DNA from: an uncultured Synechococcaceae cyanobacterium
Lineage (GTDB): Bacteria; Cyanobacteriota; Cyanobacteriia; PCC-6307; Cyanobiaceae
Assembly: GCA_902570945.1 (NCBI GenBank)
Contig: CACGAJ010000001.1
Span: 3,256-67,255 of the forward strand
DNA: 64,000 bases
Reading direction: 5' to 3'
Below are positions 33,131-44,465 of this stretch, in pieces. A model generated the notes under the pieces. It was not told the origin of the DNA, did no database searches, and worked only from the letters and a program-made list of their open reading frames with translations. The position numbers were made by a program, and so were the translations under genes. How positions within the stretch are numbered: position 1 is the first letter of the stretch; every line of letters begins with the position of its first letter.

Positions 33131-34255
33131 CTATCTTTTCTCCAGTAATGAATCTGGTGAAATATACATCGCATCGCCATAAGAGAAAAATCTAAATTTT
33201 TCTCTTATGGCTTTTTTATACAAATCTAATAATCTTTCTCTACCAATCATTGCACTTACTAATAGTAAAAGTGAACTTTTAGGAAGATGAAAATTAGTTA
33301 ATAATCCATCAACTACCTTAAATTTATAACCTGGCTTAATTACTAAATCCACGTACTTCGCTATTGGAATAAAGTCATTAATTTGGTGAGAATAACAACT
33401 TTCAAGAGCTCTTACGCTAGTTGTCCCAATAGCAATTATTCTTCTATCTGTTTTCTTTATTTTTTTTATTTCATCAACTACTTCCTTCTTAACACTTACC
33501 CATTCTTTATGAAGTTTTAAGTCACTTAAATCTTCTTGATCAATTGGTTTGAATGTTCCATAACCCACGTGCAAAGTGATCGGTAAGATTATTACTCCTT
33601 TTTTTTTTAGATTGGAAATAAGACTTTTGCTTAAGTGTAAACCAGCTGTTGGCGCGGCAACTGCCCCTGGATTAGTTGCATACTCTGTTTGATAACTGTT
33701 CTCATGAAAAGATTCTTCTTCGGAATTTTTTATATAAGGAGGGAGAGGGATTTCCCCGTATTTATCAAGAAGGTCATTCATTGCATTGAGACCGGTTATA
33801 TTTTCAGGAAATTTAATAAATCTTCCTCCAGTTTCTTCATCAATCCCATCAACCATCAAATTAATATCTTGTGCAGAAAGAGATTTTAATTTTAATTTTC
33901 TATTTATTTTTAACTTTTTCGCTGGCTTTGCCAAACATAACCAAACACATTCATGGGATCTTTCTAAGACTAATAATTCGACTAACGTCCTATTTTCTAA
34001 TTCAACCTTTAACCTTGCCTTCATTACTTTAGTATTATTTACAACCACAAGATCGCCTTCTCTAAATTCATCTAAAAGATTCTTGGTAAATTTATTAGTT
34101 AAGCAGTCTTCTTCTAAAACACTATTTCTAACTATCATCAATCTTGATTCATGCCTAATTGCAGAAGGTTTACTAGCAATTAATGAAGGATCAAGTAAAT
34201 AATCATAAGCTTCAAGCTTATAATCTCTTTCTTCATTATTAATTGGAGAAATCAA
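33131..34255 (-). CDS. queA: S-adenosylmethionine:tRNA ribosyltransferase-isomerase
   Basis: PLPPYI, YQT, AAPTAGLH, TLHVG.GTF, GTTSVRALE, TNFHLPKS, FFSYGD. Confidence 0.97.
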   Translation of the reverse strand: MISPINNEERDYKLEAYDYLLDPSLIASKPSAIRHESRLMIVRNSVLEEDCLTNKFTKNLLDEFREGDLVVVNNTKVMKARLKVELENRTLVELLVLERSHECVWLCLAKPAKKLKINRKLKLKSLSAQDINLMVDGIDEETGGRFIKFPENITGLNAMNDLLDKYGEIPLPPYIKNSEEESFHENSYQTEYATNPGAVAAPTAGLHLSKSLISNLKKKGVIILPITLHVGYGTFKPIDQEDLSDLKLHKEWVSVKKEVVDEIKKIKKTDRRIIAIGTTSVRALESCYSHQINDFIPIAKYVDLVIKPGYKFKVVDGLLTNFHLPKSSLLLLVSAMIGRERLLDLYKKAIREKFRFFSYGDAMYISPDSLLEKR

Positions 34256-34261
34256 TTAAAT

Positions 34262-35632
34262 TTAGGAGACAAGAGTCTCTGGCTCATTTTCAATTAGGGA
34301 AGCCAAGTCTTTTAAGAATGAAGCACCATCAGCTCCATATATCACTCTATGATCAGCTGTTAGATTTACTTGCATTATTTTTTTAACAGATATTGAACCA
34401 TCACTATTAGCAACTACAGTTGGTTTCGATGATGCTATGGCTAAAATAGCACCTGTACCTGGAGGAAGAATTGCGTCAAATCTATCAACTCCAAACATAC
34501 CAAGGTTAGATAAAGTGAACGTTCCAGTTGAGTATTCATCAGGTTCTAATTGTTTTGATCTTGATCTTTTTACGAGATCTTTCCATTCCCTAGACAATTC
34601 AAATAAATCAGTATTGCATGGTTCTTTTAAAACTGGAGTTATTAGTCCACCATCTTCCATCGCGACAGCAACAGCAATATTTATATCTTCTGGATAAGAA
34701 ATTCCATTTTCTGAAAAACTTGAGTTAACTTGAGGATGTTTCTTTAGTGTCTTTGCAACTGCCTTTACTAGTAAAGCCGTCATAGTCACTCCGTTCTGTT
34801 TTACTTTTTTGTAGAAATTATCTAATTTATCTGTGTTGATAGAGTATCCCACCCTAAAACATGGAACATCTAAACTAGATTCCATATTTTTATTTACCGC
34901 TTTTTGAAGAGTATTAAATTGAACTGTTTCTCCGGGATTACCAAAACTATTTCCTGAAGTTTCTGGTTTACTTTCAACTCCCAAATTTACACCAGGAATA
35001 CTTGCAGTAGAGCCACCTTCACCTATCCATGGTATAGATACGGGTTGGCCATTAGCTTTTAAAATATCATCTGCTTGAATCCTTCCGTGAGGTCCTGATC
35101 CATGAACCTTTGCTAAATCAACACCCATTTGAGAGGCAAGTTTTTTGGCTCTTGGAGATGCAATCACCCTCGAAGAAACATTACTTGTAGCAGCATTAAT
35201 TTGATCACTATTAAAAGATGGAGCTGCCTTTTCACTCTTTGATACGACTTCTTTTTCTTGTTTTTCAACAATTTGATTTTGGGCCACTGGTTTTTCTTCA
35301 GTTTTATTGCTTACCAATTCAAGTTGATCCGCACTAGAAACTTCGGGTTGATGATTTCCTTTATTTTGTTCTTGAACAGAAGCTATCTCATCCTCATTTT
35401 CGACAATGAGACCAATAGTTTCTCCAACAGGTGCAGTGCTGCCGGCAGGCATTAAAACTGCTGCAAGAAATCCATCTTGAAAAGATTCAACATCCATATC
35501 TGCCTTGTCAGATTCAACAACCAAGACAGATTCGCCTCTTTCAACCTTATCTCCCGGATTTTTCAACCATTCCACAATCTTGCCCTCCGTCATAGTAGAA
35601 CTTAAGGCAGGCATGAATATTTCGTGAGACAT
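34262..35632 (-). CDS. pdhC: Pyruvate dehydrogenase E2, dihydrolipoamide acetyltransferase
   Basis: MPALSSTMTEG, lipoyl ESDKA, ASPRAKKLA, TADHRVIYGAD. Confidence 0.96.
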   Translation of the reverse strand: MSHEIFMPALSSTMTEGKIVEWLKNPGDKVERGESVLVVESDKADMDVESFQDGFLAAVLMPAGSTAPVGETIGLIVENEDEIASVQEQNKGNHQPEVSSADQLELVSNKTEEKPVAQNQIVEKQEKEVVSKSEKAAPSFNSDQINAATSNVSSRVIASPRAKKLASQMGVDLAKVHGSGPHGRIQADDILKANGQPVSIPWIGEGGSTASIPGVNLGVESKPETSGNSFGNPGETVQFNTLQKAVNKNMESSLDVPCFRVGYSINTDKLDNFYKKVKQNGVTMTALLVKAVAKTLKKHPQVNSSFSENGISYPEDINIAVAVAMEDGGLITPVLKEPCNTDLFELSREWKDLVKRSRSKQLEPDEYSTGTFTLSNLGMFGVDRFDAILPPGTGAILAIASSKPTVVANSDGSISVKKIMQVNLTADHRVIYGADGASFLKDLASLIENEPETLVS

Positions 35633-35850
35633 AAGAAAATTGTTATTGCATAAGTTTCAAGGGATTTTTACCAAACTTTCAAAAGTTTTTATGATTAAGA
35701 ACCCTTTTAACTCTTGCTTTAATTATACGAAATCATGTTCACAGTGGGAACTCTTAAAACTTAAGAAAGTAATAATTTAGATTGATTAGAATTTAAAACT
35801 TTTCGCAATTAAGATTTACTTATTTTTATCAAAAATACAAAATCTTTTCT

Positions 35851-36294
35851 TCAATTATTATCTATAGATTGAATAACTCCATCTTTAACAGTTATCGAGA
35901 CTTGCATTTTTTCAATAAGATTGTCTCCCAAAGTGACATCACAGAAACTATCCACTTGCCCTTGATCAACAATTTCGTCCATTTTTAATTCGCGAACTTG
36001 ACTCTGTTGTTGAAGTAGATTTCTTTTTTGTTCTTCAATTTCATTTCGTTTTGTTGCGACTTGTTGTTGCACCTGACTAACCTGTTCTTGAACCCTTGGA
36101 TCTAGAGGATTAATCGATTGGGATCTAATATTATTTACTATTTGCTGCCCCTCCTGCTCAAGTTGAGATAATTGATGGTCAATGTTTGAAATTGCTTTAC
36201 TTAATTCTTTTTCAGCATCTTCCTTCCAAGTTGGTGTAACTACAGCTTTAATAGCTATTGAGCGTTTTATAGATATTGAGTTTTTAGTTTCCAT
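35851..36294 (-). CDS. YlqD-family protein
   Basis: IKAVVTPTWKE, coiled coil, GDNL..KM...I.VKDGVI. Confidence 0.85.
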   Translation of the reverse strand: METKNSISIKRSIAIKAVVTPTWKEDAEKELSKAISNIDHQLSQLEQEGQQIVNNIRSQSINPLDPRVQEQVSQVQQQVATKRNEIEEQKRNLLQQQSQVRELKMDEIVDQGQVDSFCDVTLGDNLIEKMQVSITVKDGVIQSIDNN

Positions 36295-36332
36295 AAAAAA
36301 TTAAATTGCCTTTTCAATATAGATAGAACAAA

Positions 36333-38276
36333 TCAAATTTTCTTACTAAATTTGTTTTCATACATATTTTCTATTTGTAATGAATACTTTTTTTCTATTT
36401 CTTTTCTTTTTTGTTTAAGAGTTTGTGTTAACAACCCATTTTCTAAAGTAAAAGCATCAACAAAATAACAATCTAATATTTGTTCTTCTGATCTTGCTCC
36501 TAATCGACTTTTAAGCAAATTATTAATTTGTGATTTAAAAAATGTCCCAATATTCTTATTCAGGTTTAATTTTGAAAGGTCTTCTTCCAAAAACTTGTTT
36601 TTAACCATTTCAATATTAGGCACTACAAGGGCTGTTAAACATTTCTTATCTTGTCCTACTAGTTGAATCTGATTAATAAATTCAGAACTAAGGATTTCGG
36701 TCTCTAGCGGATTCGGTTCTATATTTTCACCACTTGATAGCACTATTGTATCCTTGGCTCTTCCTGTTATAAAAAGAGAACCATTTGGTATTAGGAAACC
36801 TAAATCACCCGTATCAAACCAACCATCATTGGTTAAAACATCTTTTGTAGCTAATTCATTATTAAGATAACCTTTCATAACTTGTGGTCCCTTAACAAGA
36901 ATTTTTCCGACTTCTCTGAACTTCACAATCTTTTTTTTATCATCATTCACAATTTTGATTTCTGTAAATGCTAAAGGCTGACCAGATGAACCTCTAACAT
37001 TTAATTCTCTTCTCCTACAAGTTAATACTGGGCTAGTTTCTGTTAGTCCATATCCCACCAAAACATCAACACCTAAAGATTCAAAAAAAAGATCTACATG
37101 TTCTGGCAATGCACCCCCGCCGTTAATAGGAAATTTTAATTTCTCTCCACATAGTTGTCTAAGAATATTCGGCCATAAAAAAATAGTAGACAATTTATGT
37201 AGAGGGTATCTGCAAATGACAGTAACCAGTAAGGGGATTTTTGAATTAAGCGTTATTTGATTGATATCTAAATTTCTTATCTTTCTTAGATTTCTTTTGA
37301 AAACTGAACTATTACTTATCAAAAACTTAATAAGTTTTTGCTTCTTAGAAGGCATTTTTTTCAACGCCTGAAAAAAACCATCATGTATTGCCTCCCATAG
37401 TCTTGGCACAGTAGCCATTACAACAGGTTTTATTTGTGTAATATCATCTTTCAGAAATTTTGGAATTGTATAGTACTGAGAACAACCACATGAAAAAAAG
37501 AAGTATTCAGCACTCCTCTCATAAGAATGCCAGATAGGTAACACGCTTAATACTGAAGTTCCAGGTTCTGGATCAGCGATATAGGCTAAATTAATTATTT
37601 GATGTAAAAAATTTGCATGAGTCAAGGGTACACCTTTGGGTTTTCCTGTTGTACCTGAGGTGTAAAGGATAGTAGCAACATCATCAATTTTTGGATTAAA
37701 TTTTTCAATAAAATTATTTCTGGAATTTTCTTTTTCTTTTGAACTTATAAATTGATTCCAACTTATTAAACTTTCAAATTGTTCATCTTCTAAATTAATT
37801 ATAAATTTTAGTCTTTTTTTTAATTCTTCTTTGTTGTTTAACTTTAGCCAAATTTCCTTAGATTGAACTATTAGTCCTACTGAATTAGAGTGCTCAATAA
37901 TATAGTCTAATTCTACTGAGGGAGAATTAATACCTCTCACTGCATTTATAGCTCCTAAACGCATTAAGCCTTGATCTACCACTAGCCATCTTGGAGAATT
38001 TTCAGATATTACAGTAACTACATCCCCTTTTACTAAGCCATAATTTTTAAACGATAAAGAGACTTTTGTTATTAAATCAGCTAGCTCAGAATAAGAGAAT
38101 TTTTCTTTGTATTTTCCTCTTAAATCGCAAACAGCTAGAGTATCCCCACATTTAAATTTTAAATTTTCCCAAATTTGATCTATATGATTAAGTTTCTCAA
38201 TAAAATATCTATCTTTAACAAATTTATCCTTATTGGAAAGATGTTTGGCTGAAGGCCAATACGCTAAATCACCCAT
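36333..38276 (-). CDS. Long-chain acyl-ACP/CoA synthetase (AMP-binding)
   Basis: YTSGTTGKPKG, GYGLTET, GWFDTGD, GRAKD. Confidence 0.92.
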   Translation of the reverse strand: MGDLAYWPSAKHLSNKDKFVKDRYFIEKLNHIDQIWENLKFKCGDTLAVCDLRGKYKEKFSYSELADLITKVSLSFKNYGLVKGDVVTVISENSPRWLVVDQGLMRLGAINAVRGINSPSVELDYIIEHSNSVGLIVQSKEIWLKLNNKEELKKRLKFIINLEDEQFESLISWNQFISSKEKENSRNNFIEKFNPKIDDVATILYTSGTTGKPKGVPLTHANFLHQIINLAYIADPEPGTSVLSVLPIWHSYERSAEYFFFSCGCSQYYTIPKFLKDDITQIKPVVMATVPRLWEAIHDGFFQALKKMPSKKQKLIKFLISNSSVFKRNLRKIRNLDINQITLNSKIPLLVTVICRYPLHKLSTIFLWPNILRQLCGEKLKFPINGGGALPEHVDLFFESLGVDVLVGYGLTETSPVLTCRRRELNVRGSSGQPLAFTEIKIVNDDKKKIVKFREVGKILVKGPQVMKGYLNNELATKDVLTNDGWFDTGDLGFLIPNGSLFITGRAKDTIVLSSGENIEPNPLETEILSSEFINQIQLVGQDKKCLTALVVPNIEMVKNKFLEEDLSKLNLNKNIGTFFKSQINNLLKSRLGARSEEQILDCYFVDAFTLENGLLTQTLKQKRKEIEKKYSLQIENMYENKFSKKI

Positions 38277-38303
38277 ATTAAATTGATTTTAAAATTTTAA
38301 TTT

Positions 38304-38954
38304 CTATTTTGATACAAAATCAAAATTAAATTCTTCCTGAATGATTTTTTTAACAATTCTCTTGACTTCTTGAATATTTAAATTTTTATTGTAATCAATC
38401 ATATTTGCCATAAGACAATTTTCTATACCGCAAGGAATGATTTTATTAAAGTTTTCTAATTCGCAGTCAATATTGATTGAAAATCCATTTATTGTAATCC
38501 ATCTTTTACATCCAATTCCAATTGAAGCAATTTTCTTATTTCCTATCCAAACACCAGTGAACCCCTCTTTTGAATGACAATCTATATTAAAAGTTCCAAG
38601 AATTTTTATAATAATTTCTTCAATTTTTCTTAAATACCAATTTAAATCTTTATTAAAATTTTTTAAATCTAACACCAAGTAAGTCACTAATTGTCCTGGC
38701 ATATGACAAGTAACCTCACCACCTCTATCAATTTTAAAAACATCATAATTATCATCATTCAAAGAAAATAATAAATTATCGTAATTAGATCCTCTACCCA
38801 ACGTATAACAGAGTTGATGCTCACCTATCCAAATAAAATCTGGGTTAGAGTTATCTACAATCAATGCCTCCTGATATTCTTTTTGTAATTTATAAACATC
38901 ATTGAAAAAAGAAATATTATCAGGTTGTTTAATTATTGCTGTTCTATTAACCAT
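38304..38954 (-). CDS. lipB: Octanoyltransferase
   Basis: [31 protein letters not shown]. Confidence 0.94.
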   Translation of the reverse strand: MVNRTAIIKQPDNISFFNDVYKLQKEYQEALIVDNSNPDFIWIGEHQLCYTLGRGSNYDNLLFSLNDDNYDVFKIDRGGEVTCHMPGQLVTYLVLDLKNFNKDLNWYLRKIEEIIIKILGTFNIDCHSKEGFTGVWIGNKKIASIGIGCKRWITINGFSINIDCELENFNKIIPCGIENCLMANMIDYNKNLNIQEVKRIVKKIIQEEFNFDFVSK

Positions 38955-38998
38955 ATTTAAGTAGATTTAGAAAGTAAGTAAATATTTTTAGATTTGTT

Positions 38999-39583
38999 AT
39001 GAAAATTTTAATCCATGGGAAAAATCTTGAGCTCACAGGAGCATTAAAAGAATATACTGAGGCAAAGATAGAAAAAGCAACACATCACTATAAGGATATC
39101 GTTAAAGAAGCCGACATACACCTTTCAATAGAAAAAAATCCAAGAGTCTCCTTCCAGACTGCAGAAGTCACTATTTTTGCAAATGGTACTGTAATTAGAG
39201 CTGAAGAAAAAACTGAAAATCTATATTCAAGCATTGATTTAGTTTCAAATAAACTCTGTAGAAAATTACGTAAATACAAAGAAAGAAACAACAAAACAAT
39301 CTATAATAATCAATTTAAAAATAAAGAATCTTTCCCAATTGAAAATAAAGAAGCAAGATTTTTAGATGAAGCTTTACTTAAAAAAGGGATGGGAGCAAGT
39401 CTTCCTGAGCCATCTATAAAAAATAAATACTTTGAAATGAATCCAATTTCATCAGAAGAAGCAAGAAAACAATTAGATCTTATTGATCATGATTTTTATG
39501 TTTTTCGAAATAAAAAAAATAATGAACTTCAAGTTATATACAAGAGGAATCATGGAGGATATGGACTGATACAATCCAAATAA
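38999..39583 (+). CDS. hpf: Ribosome hibernation promoting factor (long HPF/LrtA)
   Basis: GKNLELT, YSSIDLV..KL.RKL.KYK, C-terminal EEA..QL..IDHDF.VF, YKR..G.YGLI. Confidence 0.93.
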   Translation: MKILIHGKNLELTGALKEYTEAKIEKATHHYKDIVKEADIHLSIEKNPRVSFQTAEVTIFANGTVIRAEEKTENLYSSIDLVSNKLCRKLRKYKERNNKTIYNNQFKNKESFPIENKEARFLDEALLKKGMGASLPEPSIKNKYFEMNPISSEEARKQLDLIDHDFYVFRNKKNNELQVIYKRNHGGYGLIQSK

Positions 39584-39590
39584 CTTTTAA

Positions 39591-40250
39591 ATGCCCAATA
39601 TTGAATATGAATTAAACGAAAAAATTCATGCAATTATTATTAACCCGTATTTAACTTGGAAAGATTTCTGCGCGAATTGCGATTTAATAAAGAAATATAA
39701 TATCAAGAATATTTCTACTTCACTTAATTATTTAGATGATTTTAAAAACCGTTTGGGCAATTACAGTGCAAACATAAACGCACTCATTTCGTACCCCTTA
39801 GCAGATTTACCAGTAACATTCATTGAAGAATTAGTTAATTTTGCAAAAGATAAAGGAGCAAAAGGAATTGAATACATCCCAAACTTTAACAATTTATCCA
39901 AAAGAAACTTAGAAACTTTCGCTGCTGAAATTGAGCAAGTGAAGTTTTCTGGATTACCAGTTACAATAATCATAAATAAATCAAAACTTCAAAAAGAAGT
40001 TTTGCACAATGCGATAGAAATATCTTTGGAATTAGGAATAAAAAATTTTCAATTTGGGGACGGGTTTGGGCCCCCTATTACATTAAATGATGTAGCGGAA
40101 ATATTAAAAATAACGGGCTCCCAAAATCAAATCAAAGTTGTAGGTGGTATAAAAAAACTGACACAAGTTATTGATTTGCTTGATAATGGAATTAGTTTTG
40201 TAGGAACTTCTAATTTTTGTGAGATTTTTCAAGAAGTAAAGGTTATTTAA
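39591..40250 (+). CDS. deoC: DeoC-like aldolase-fold protein lacking the canonical Schiff-base Lys
   Basis: ISYPL, IKVVGGIK and VGTS match DERA; hpf-deoC-recO synteny; KTSTG replaced by QFGDG. Confidence 0.65.
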   Translation: MPNIEYELNEKIHAIIINPYLTWKDFCANCDLIKKYNIKNISTSLNYLDDFKNRLGNYSANINALISYPLADLPVTFIEELVNFAKDKGAKGIEYIPNFNNLSKRNLETFAAEIEQVKFSGLPVTIIINKSKLQKEVLHNAIEISLELGIKNFQFGDGFGPPITLNDVAEILKITGSQNQIKVVGGIKKLTQVIDLLDNGISFVGTSNFCEIFQEVKVI

Positions 40251-41036
40251 ATGTCTGGTTCTGGTGAGTGCAGACTAGAAGGTCTCTGCATTAAAGCTTC
40301 TCCATTAGGCGAGAATGATAGATTAATAACTATTCTTACTGATGAGCAAGGGATAGTTCGATTGGCCGTACCTGGTGCTAGACGTCCAAAAAGTAGTCTT
40401 GCTGCAGCTACTCCATTAACATATTTAAGTATGCAGATTTTTGGGAAAAGAAATCTTAAATCTGTACGTCAAATTAAAATATTAAAAAGCTATTCTGGTC
40501 TAGGGAAAAATATTGCATGTCTTGCAGCCGCGCAAGCAATAACTGAATTAACTTTTTTATTAGTAGGTAATAATGACAAGCAACAAAACTATTTATCTTG
40601 TGTTCTTGCACATCTAGATAGGATTTATTTGTATGAAGAATCCAAAAAAGAGGATATTAAAATGCTCTCAATGAGTATTCAATCTTTAATCCATCTATTA
40701 GCCATTGGAGGTATAAATTTACCGATTCATCATTGCTTTAAAACGGGAGAAACTATTATTCCACCTTTAGGAAATTGGGAATGGAGTTGTTATTATTTGC
40801 CAAGTGAAGGGTTTTCATTAATAGAAGATCCTCAAAGCAATCTAAAAATAAATGCATCTGAAGTTGCTTTATTGCAGAGACTTCTGTTCCCCGAATTACC
40901 TATTAAATCTAATGGCGAGTTATTGGGGCCGAAAAAAGTTTGGCTTAAAATATTATTTATTATAGAAACTTGGATCGCTACTCAATTAGAGAAAGATCTA
41001 TCTTCACTAAAAATGTTGAGAGAAATATATAGTTAG
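40251..41036 (+). CDS. recO: DNA repair protein RecO
   Basis: GENDRLITILT..G...PGARRPKS OB-fold start. Confidence 0.92.
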   Translation: MSGSGECRLEGLCIKASPLGENDRLITILTDEQGIVRLAVPGARRPKSSLAAATPLTYLSMQIFGKRNLKSVRQIKILKSYSGLGKNIACLAAAQAITELTFLLVGNNDKQQNYLSCVLAHLDRIYLYEESKKEDIKMLSMSIQSLIHLLAIGGINLPIHHCFKTGETIIPPLGNWEWSCYYLPSEGFSLIEDPQSNLKINASEVALLQRLLFPELPIKSNGELLGPKKVWLKILFIIETWIATQLEKDLSSLKMLREIYS

Positions 41037-41120
41037 CATTTTCATAAACAATTAATAAATTTTAAAATTATGATCTTTGGGGCTCTGACTGTTAATTTAT
41101 TAATAGCTAATTCAACTAAT

Positions 41121-42287
41121 GTGGTTCATATTGCCTGGTTGGGTAAAAAATCCCCTTTTTGCGGAAATGTTACTTATGGTAATTCAACCACTAAAGAATT
41201 GAAGGCAAGAGGTCATAAAATTAGTTTTATTCATTTCGATAATCCCTCTAGTTTAAATTCAACAAACCCATTATTTTTAGCAAATGATCCTGAGGTAAGT
41301 CTCCCATATCTAATTAAGTCCCAAGTTTATACAATTCCCTCTCCAAGAGCAGAAAAAGAACTAAGACTATCATTGGAAAGATTAAAACCTGATATAGTTC
41401 ACGCAAGTTTAACTTTATCTCCTTTAGACTTTAGACTTCCAGAGCTTTGTAATGAAATAAATGTCCCTCTTATAGGAACGTTTCATCCAGCATTTGATGC
41501 TAATAACAGAAATTTAACTGCAAGCACTCAACAACTAACATATCAACTATATGCTCCCTCTCTAGCTAAATTCGATAAGATAATCGTCTTTTCAGAACCT
41601 CAAAAAAATGTTCTTGAGAAATTAGGAGTACCTAAAGAAAAACAAATAATTATCCCAAACGGAGTTGATGAAAAAATTTGGAAACCTTTACTTGAAAGAA
41701 ATAAAAAATATGATGAGGTAAAAAACAAACTAGGAGATCAAAGAATATTTTTGTATATGGGAAGGATTTCAAATGAAAAAAATATCGAAGCACTTTTACG
41801 TTCTTGGCGCCAAACAAAAAACAAAAATTGCAAATTAGTTATTGTTGGAGATGGACCAATGAAGCCAACACTTGAGAATAGTTTTTCTAACGTTAGTAAA
41901 GAGAAACTAATTTGGTGGGGTGCCGAATTAGATTTAGAAACTAGGGTAGCGATAATGCAAATATCAGAAGTATTTTTCTTACCAAGCTTAGTAGAAGGTT
42001 TATCGATATCCCTTTTAGAGGCAATGTCTACTGGCAACGCATGTATAGCCACAGATGCTGGCGCTGATGGTGAGGTTTTAGATAATGGTGCAGGAATAGT
42101 AATTTCAACTGATAATGTGGCTTCACAACTAAAAACTATAATTCCAATTCTGGTAGAACATCCTTCATTTATTAAAGATCTTGGGGAAAAAGCTAGAGAT
42201 CGAGTAATTGAGAGATATACAATTTCAAAAAATATAAATTCACTTGAGAAAGTTTATATGGATTTTAAAGATAATTTCATAAATTAA
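41121..42287 (+). CDS. dgdA: GT4 glycosyltransferase, probable DGDG synthase
   Basis: HIAWLGKKSPFCGNVTYG N-terminus recalled from cyanobacterial DgdA; EGLSISLLEAM; GTG start at 41121 preferred. Confidence 0.72.
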   Translation: MVHIAWLGKKSPFCGNVTYGNSTTKELKARGHKISFIHFDNPSSLNSTNPLFLANDPEVSLPYLIKSQVYTIPSPRAEKELRLSLERLKPDIVHASLTLSPLDFRLPELCNEINVPLIGTFHPAFDANNRNLTASTQQLTYQLYAPSLAKFDKIIVFSEPQKNVLEKLGVPKEKQIIIPNGVDEKIWKPLLERNKKYDEVKNKLGDQRIFLYMGRISNEKNIEALLRSWRQTKNKNCKLVIVGDGPMKPTLENSFSNVSKEKLIWWGAELDLETRVAIMQISEVFFLPSLVEGLSISLLEAMSTGNACIATDAGADGEVLDNGAGIVISTDNVASQLKTIIPILVEHPSFIKDLGEKARDRVIERYTISKNINSLEKVYMDFKDNFIN

Positions 42288-43096
42288 CGAAACTCTTTAC
42301 TTCGATTACTAGCAGAAACTATTGATTCAATTAATGCTGATCTTATACTCTTTTTTTCTAATACTCTTAAAGCAGAAATAGTTGTCCCTCCTGGAGAAGT
42401 TACCAAATTTTTAAGCTCAGAAGTAGTTATTTTATTCTCTTTTATTAAACTTATAGTTCCCAGTATCATCTCCATAACAAGTTCTTCCGACAGTATCTTT
42501 GTTAATCCACCGCTTAACCCTCCATCACTTAATGCCTCTATAATTAAAGCAATAATCGCGGGGCCTGATGAAGTTAATGCCAAAAAAATATCAAGTTGAT
42601 CTTCAGAAAATTCGTATAACTTACTAGTATTTTCAAATAATTTTTTTGTAACTTGTTTCTGATCGTTTGTAATTTCTTCACCCCAAGCAATACCTGTTAA
42701 ACCCTTTCCAACAGTTATTGGAATATTTGTAACAACTCTCACGCATTTATGATTAGGAAATTTTTGAGTAAGTTTATTTATTGAGACTCCCGCGAGAATT
42801 GAAACTAATAAATTTTCCTTTAATTTTAAATTATTTGCTTCACTTATATCTTTAAGATGTTGTGGCTTTACCGAGAGAAGTTTTACTTGACAATCCCAAA
42901 TTATTTTTGATTCTTTAGAACCAGATTTGTAGACATTTACATTATATTTAAAATTTTCTTTTATATTTTCTAAACTTTTTTGTGAATTTACAACACAATA
43001 AACATTTTCAGGCTGAATTAATTTTTTATCTAATAGAGGAGTTATTATAGCTTTTGCAATATTTCCAAACCCAATAATCGCAATCTTTTCAGTCAC
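42284..43096 (-). CDS. proC: Pyrroline-5-carboxylate reductase
   Basis: IGFGNIA, SVKPQ, SSGPA, VTSPGGTT. Confidence 0.95.
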   Translation of the reverse strand: MTEKIAIIGFGNIAKAIITPLLDKKLIQPENVYCVVNSQKSLENIKENFKYNVNVYKSGSKESKIIWDCQVKLLSVKPQHLKDISEANNLKLKENLLVSILAGVSINKLTQKFPNHKCVRVVTNIPITVGKGLTGIAWGEEITNDQKQVTKKLFENTSKLYEFSEDQLDIFLALTSSGPAIIALIIEALSDGGLSGGLTKILSEELVMEMILGTISLIKENKITTSELKNLVTSPGGTTISALRVLEKKSIRSALIESIVSASNRSKEFR

Positions 43097-43103
43097 AGAT
43101 TAA

Positions 43104-43679
43104 TCATGAAAATGCACTTAATTTAGAATTACCCCATGCTGGTTCTGGCGCAGTATTATTTTCCAAACTATATTGTGGAGGAGTCTTTTTAGACAAATTA
43201 GAAGGAGAAGCTTCTTCTGGGAAAGAACTAGTTACATTTACACAGCTTGGAGCAAAAAGAAAAATACTTTCACCTACTCTCTCTTGATGCCCATCCATTG
43301 CGTAAGTCCCCCCAGCAATAAAATCAACAGCTCTTTGAGCCTGATCAGGATCCATCATAGTTAAATTAAGAATTACAGTTTTTCTCTCTCTTAAGGCTTG
43401 TATAGCTTGCGGCATCTCATCGAAACATCTCGGTTCCATTAAGCTTACTTCTGAGGAAGAATTTGAGATCCCAGGCATTCCAACAACTTTTGATGATCTG
43501 TTGTTATTCATAAAATCGAATGGATTTGAATTTGCAAGAACATTTGCATTTCTTTGTTTTTGTTTGAAATCATTAATATCATTTAAATCATCTTCTGATT
43601 CATAATCCATCTCATCAAAATCATCATCGAGATACTCATCACCTGCAACAACTGCTTTTAATCTTGAAATAAGTGACAC
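43104..43679 (-). CDS. sepF: Cell division protein SepF
   Basis: EPR.FDE, VILNL, AQRAVDF.AGG.YA.DG. Confidence 0.95.
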   Translation of the reverse strand: MSLISRLKAVVAGDEYLDDDFDEMDYESEDDLNDINDFKQKQRNANVLANSNPFDFMNNNRSSKVVGMPGISNSSSEVSLMEPRCFDEMPQAIQALRERKTVILNLTMMDPDQAQRAVDFIAGGTYAMDGHQERVGESIFLFAPSCVNVTSSFPEEASPSNLSKKTPPQYSLENNTAPEPAWGNSKLSAFS

Positions 43680-43826
43680 CTTTTTAATCCTCTTGAAATT
43701 GATTACTAAGGTTTAAGAACCTTAATTGAGGTATTCATTTTTAAATGAATAAACTACCTATACCTAGATAACGTTACTTGTACTTTACTGCAAGTTTATA
43801 GATGAGATTTTATAAAAAATAAATAA

Positions 43827-44462
43827 TTAGGATCTATCTCCAAAAATTAATGATCCTAATCTTAACCAAGTTGATCCAGCGTCAATAGCTTCCTCCCAAT
43901 CGCCTGACATTCCCATTGAACAGTCTGGAAGTTTGAATGAATCAGCAAGAGAACGACATTTTTTAAACAATTCAAAATTTTGTTTGGAGTTAAGCCCTCT
44001 GGGATTAATAGTCATTAATCCCGTTAATTTGATATTTTTCAATTCTTGAATTTCTCTCCATTTCAACATTAAGAGTTCAGGCTTAAAACCTCCTTTAGTA
44101 GGGTCATCACTCAACTTAACCTGTAACATTATTGATGGATTTTTCTTCTCTTCAAATGCAATATTAGAAATTTTTTGCAACTTTTCAAAAGAATCCACAG
44201 AATGAATAAATTTAAAATTTTGCACTATCTTTCTTATTTTATTACTTTGTAATTTTCCAATAAAATGCCATTCTATCTGTTTAAGATCTTTTAGAATCAA
44301 TTGCTTTTCAAAAGCCTCTTGAAATTTACTCTCACCAAAATGATTCTGACCTATATTTTGAATAGTCTTGATTTCTTGACTTTGAAATCCTTTACTTACT
44401 GCAAGAATATTTACATTTGATGGGATTATATTTTTTATTTTTAAATAATTCGAGGGGTTCAC
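43827..44462 (-). CDS. pipY: PLP homeostasis protein YggS/PipY
   Basis: LAVSK, FGES..QE, WHFIG.LQSNK, SMGMSGD, RLGS.IFG; follows pipX. Confidence 0.92.
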   Translation of the reverse strand: MNPSNYLKIKNIIPSNVNILAVSKGFQSQEIKTIQNIGQNHFGESKFQEAFEKQLILKDLKQIEWHFIGKLQSNKIRKIVQNFKFIHSVDSFEKLQKISNIAFEEKKNPSIMLQVKLSDDPTKGGFKPELLMLKWREIQELKNIKLTGLMTINPRGLNSKQNFELFKKCRSLADSFKLPDCSMGMSGDWEEAIDAGSTWLRLGSLIFGDRS

Positions 44463-44465
44463 ATC

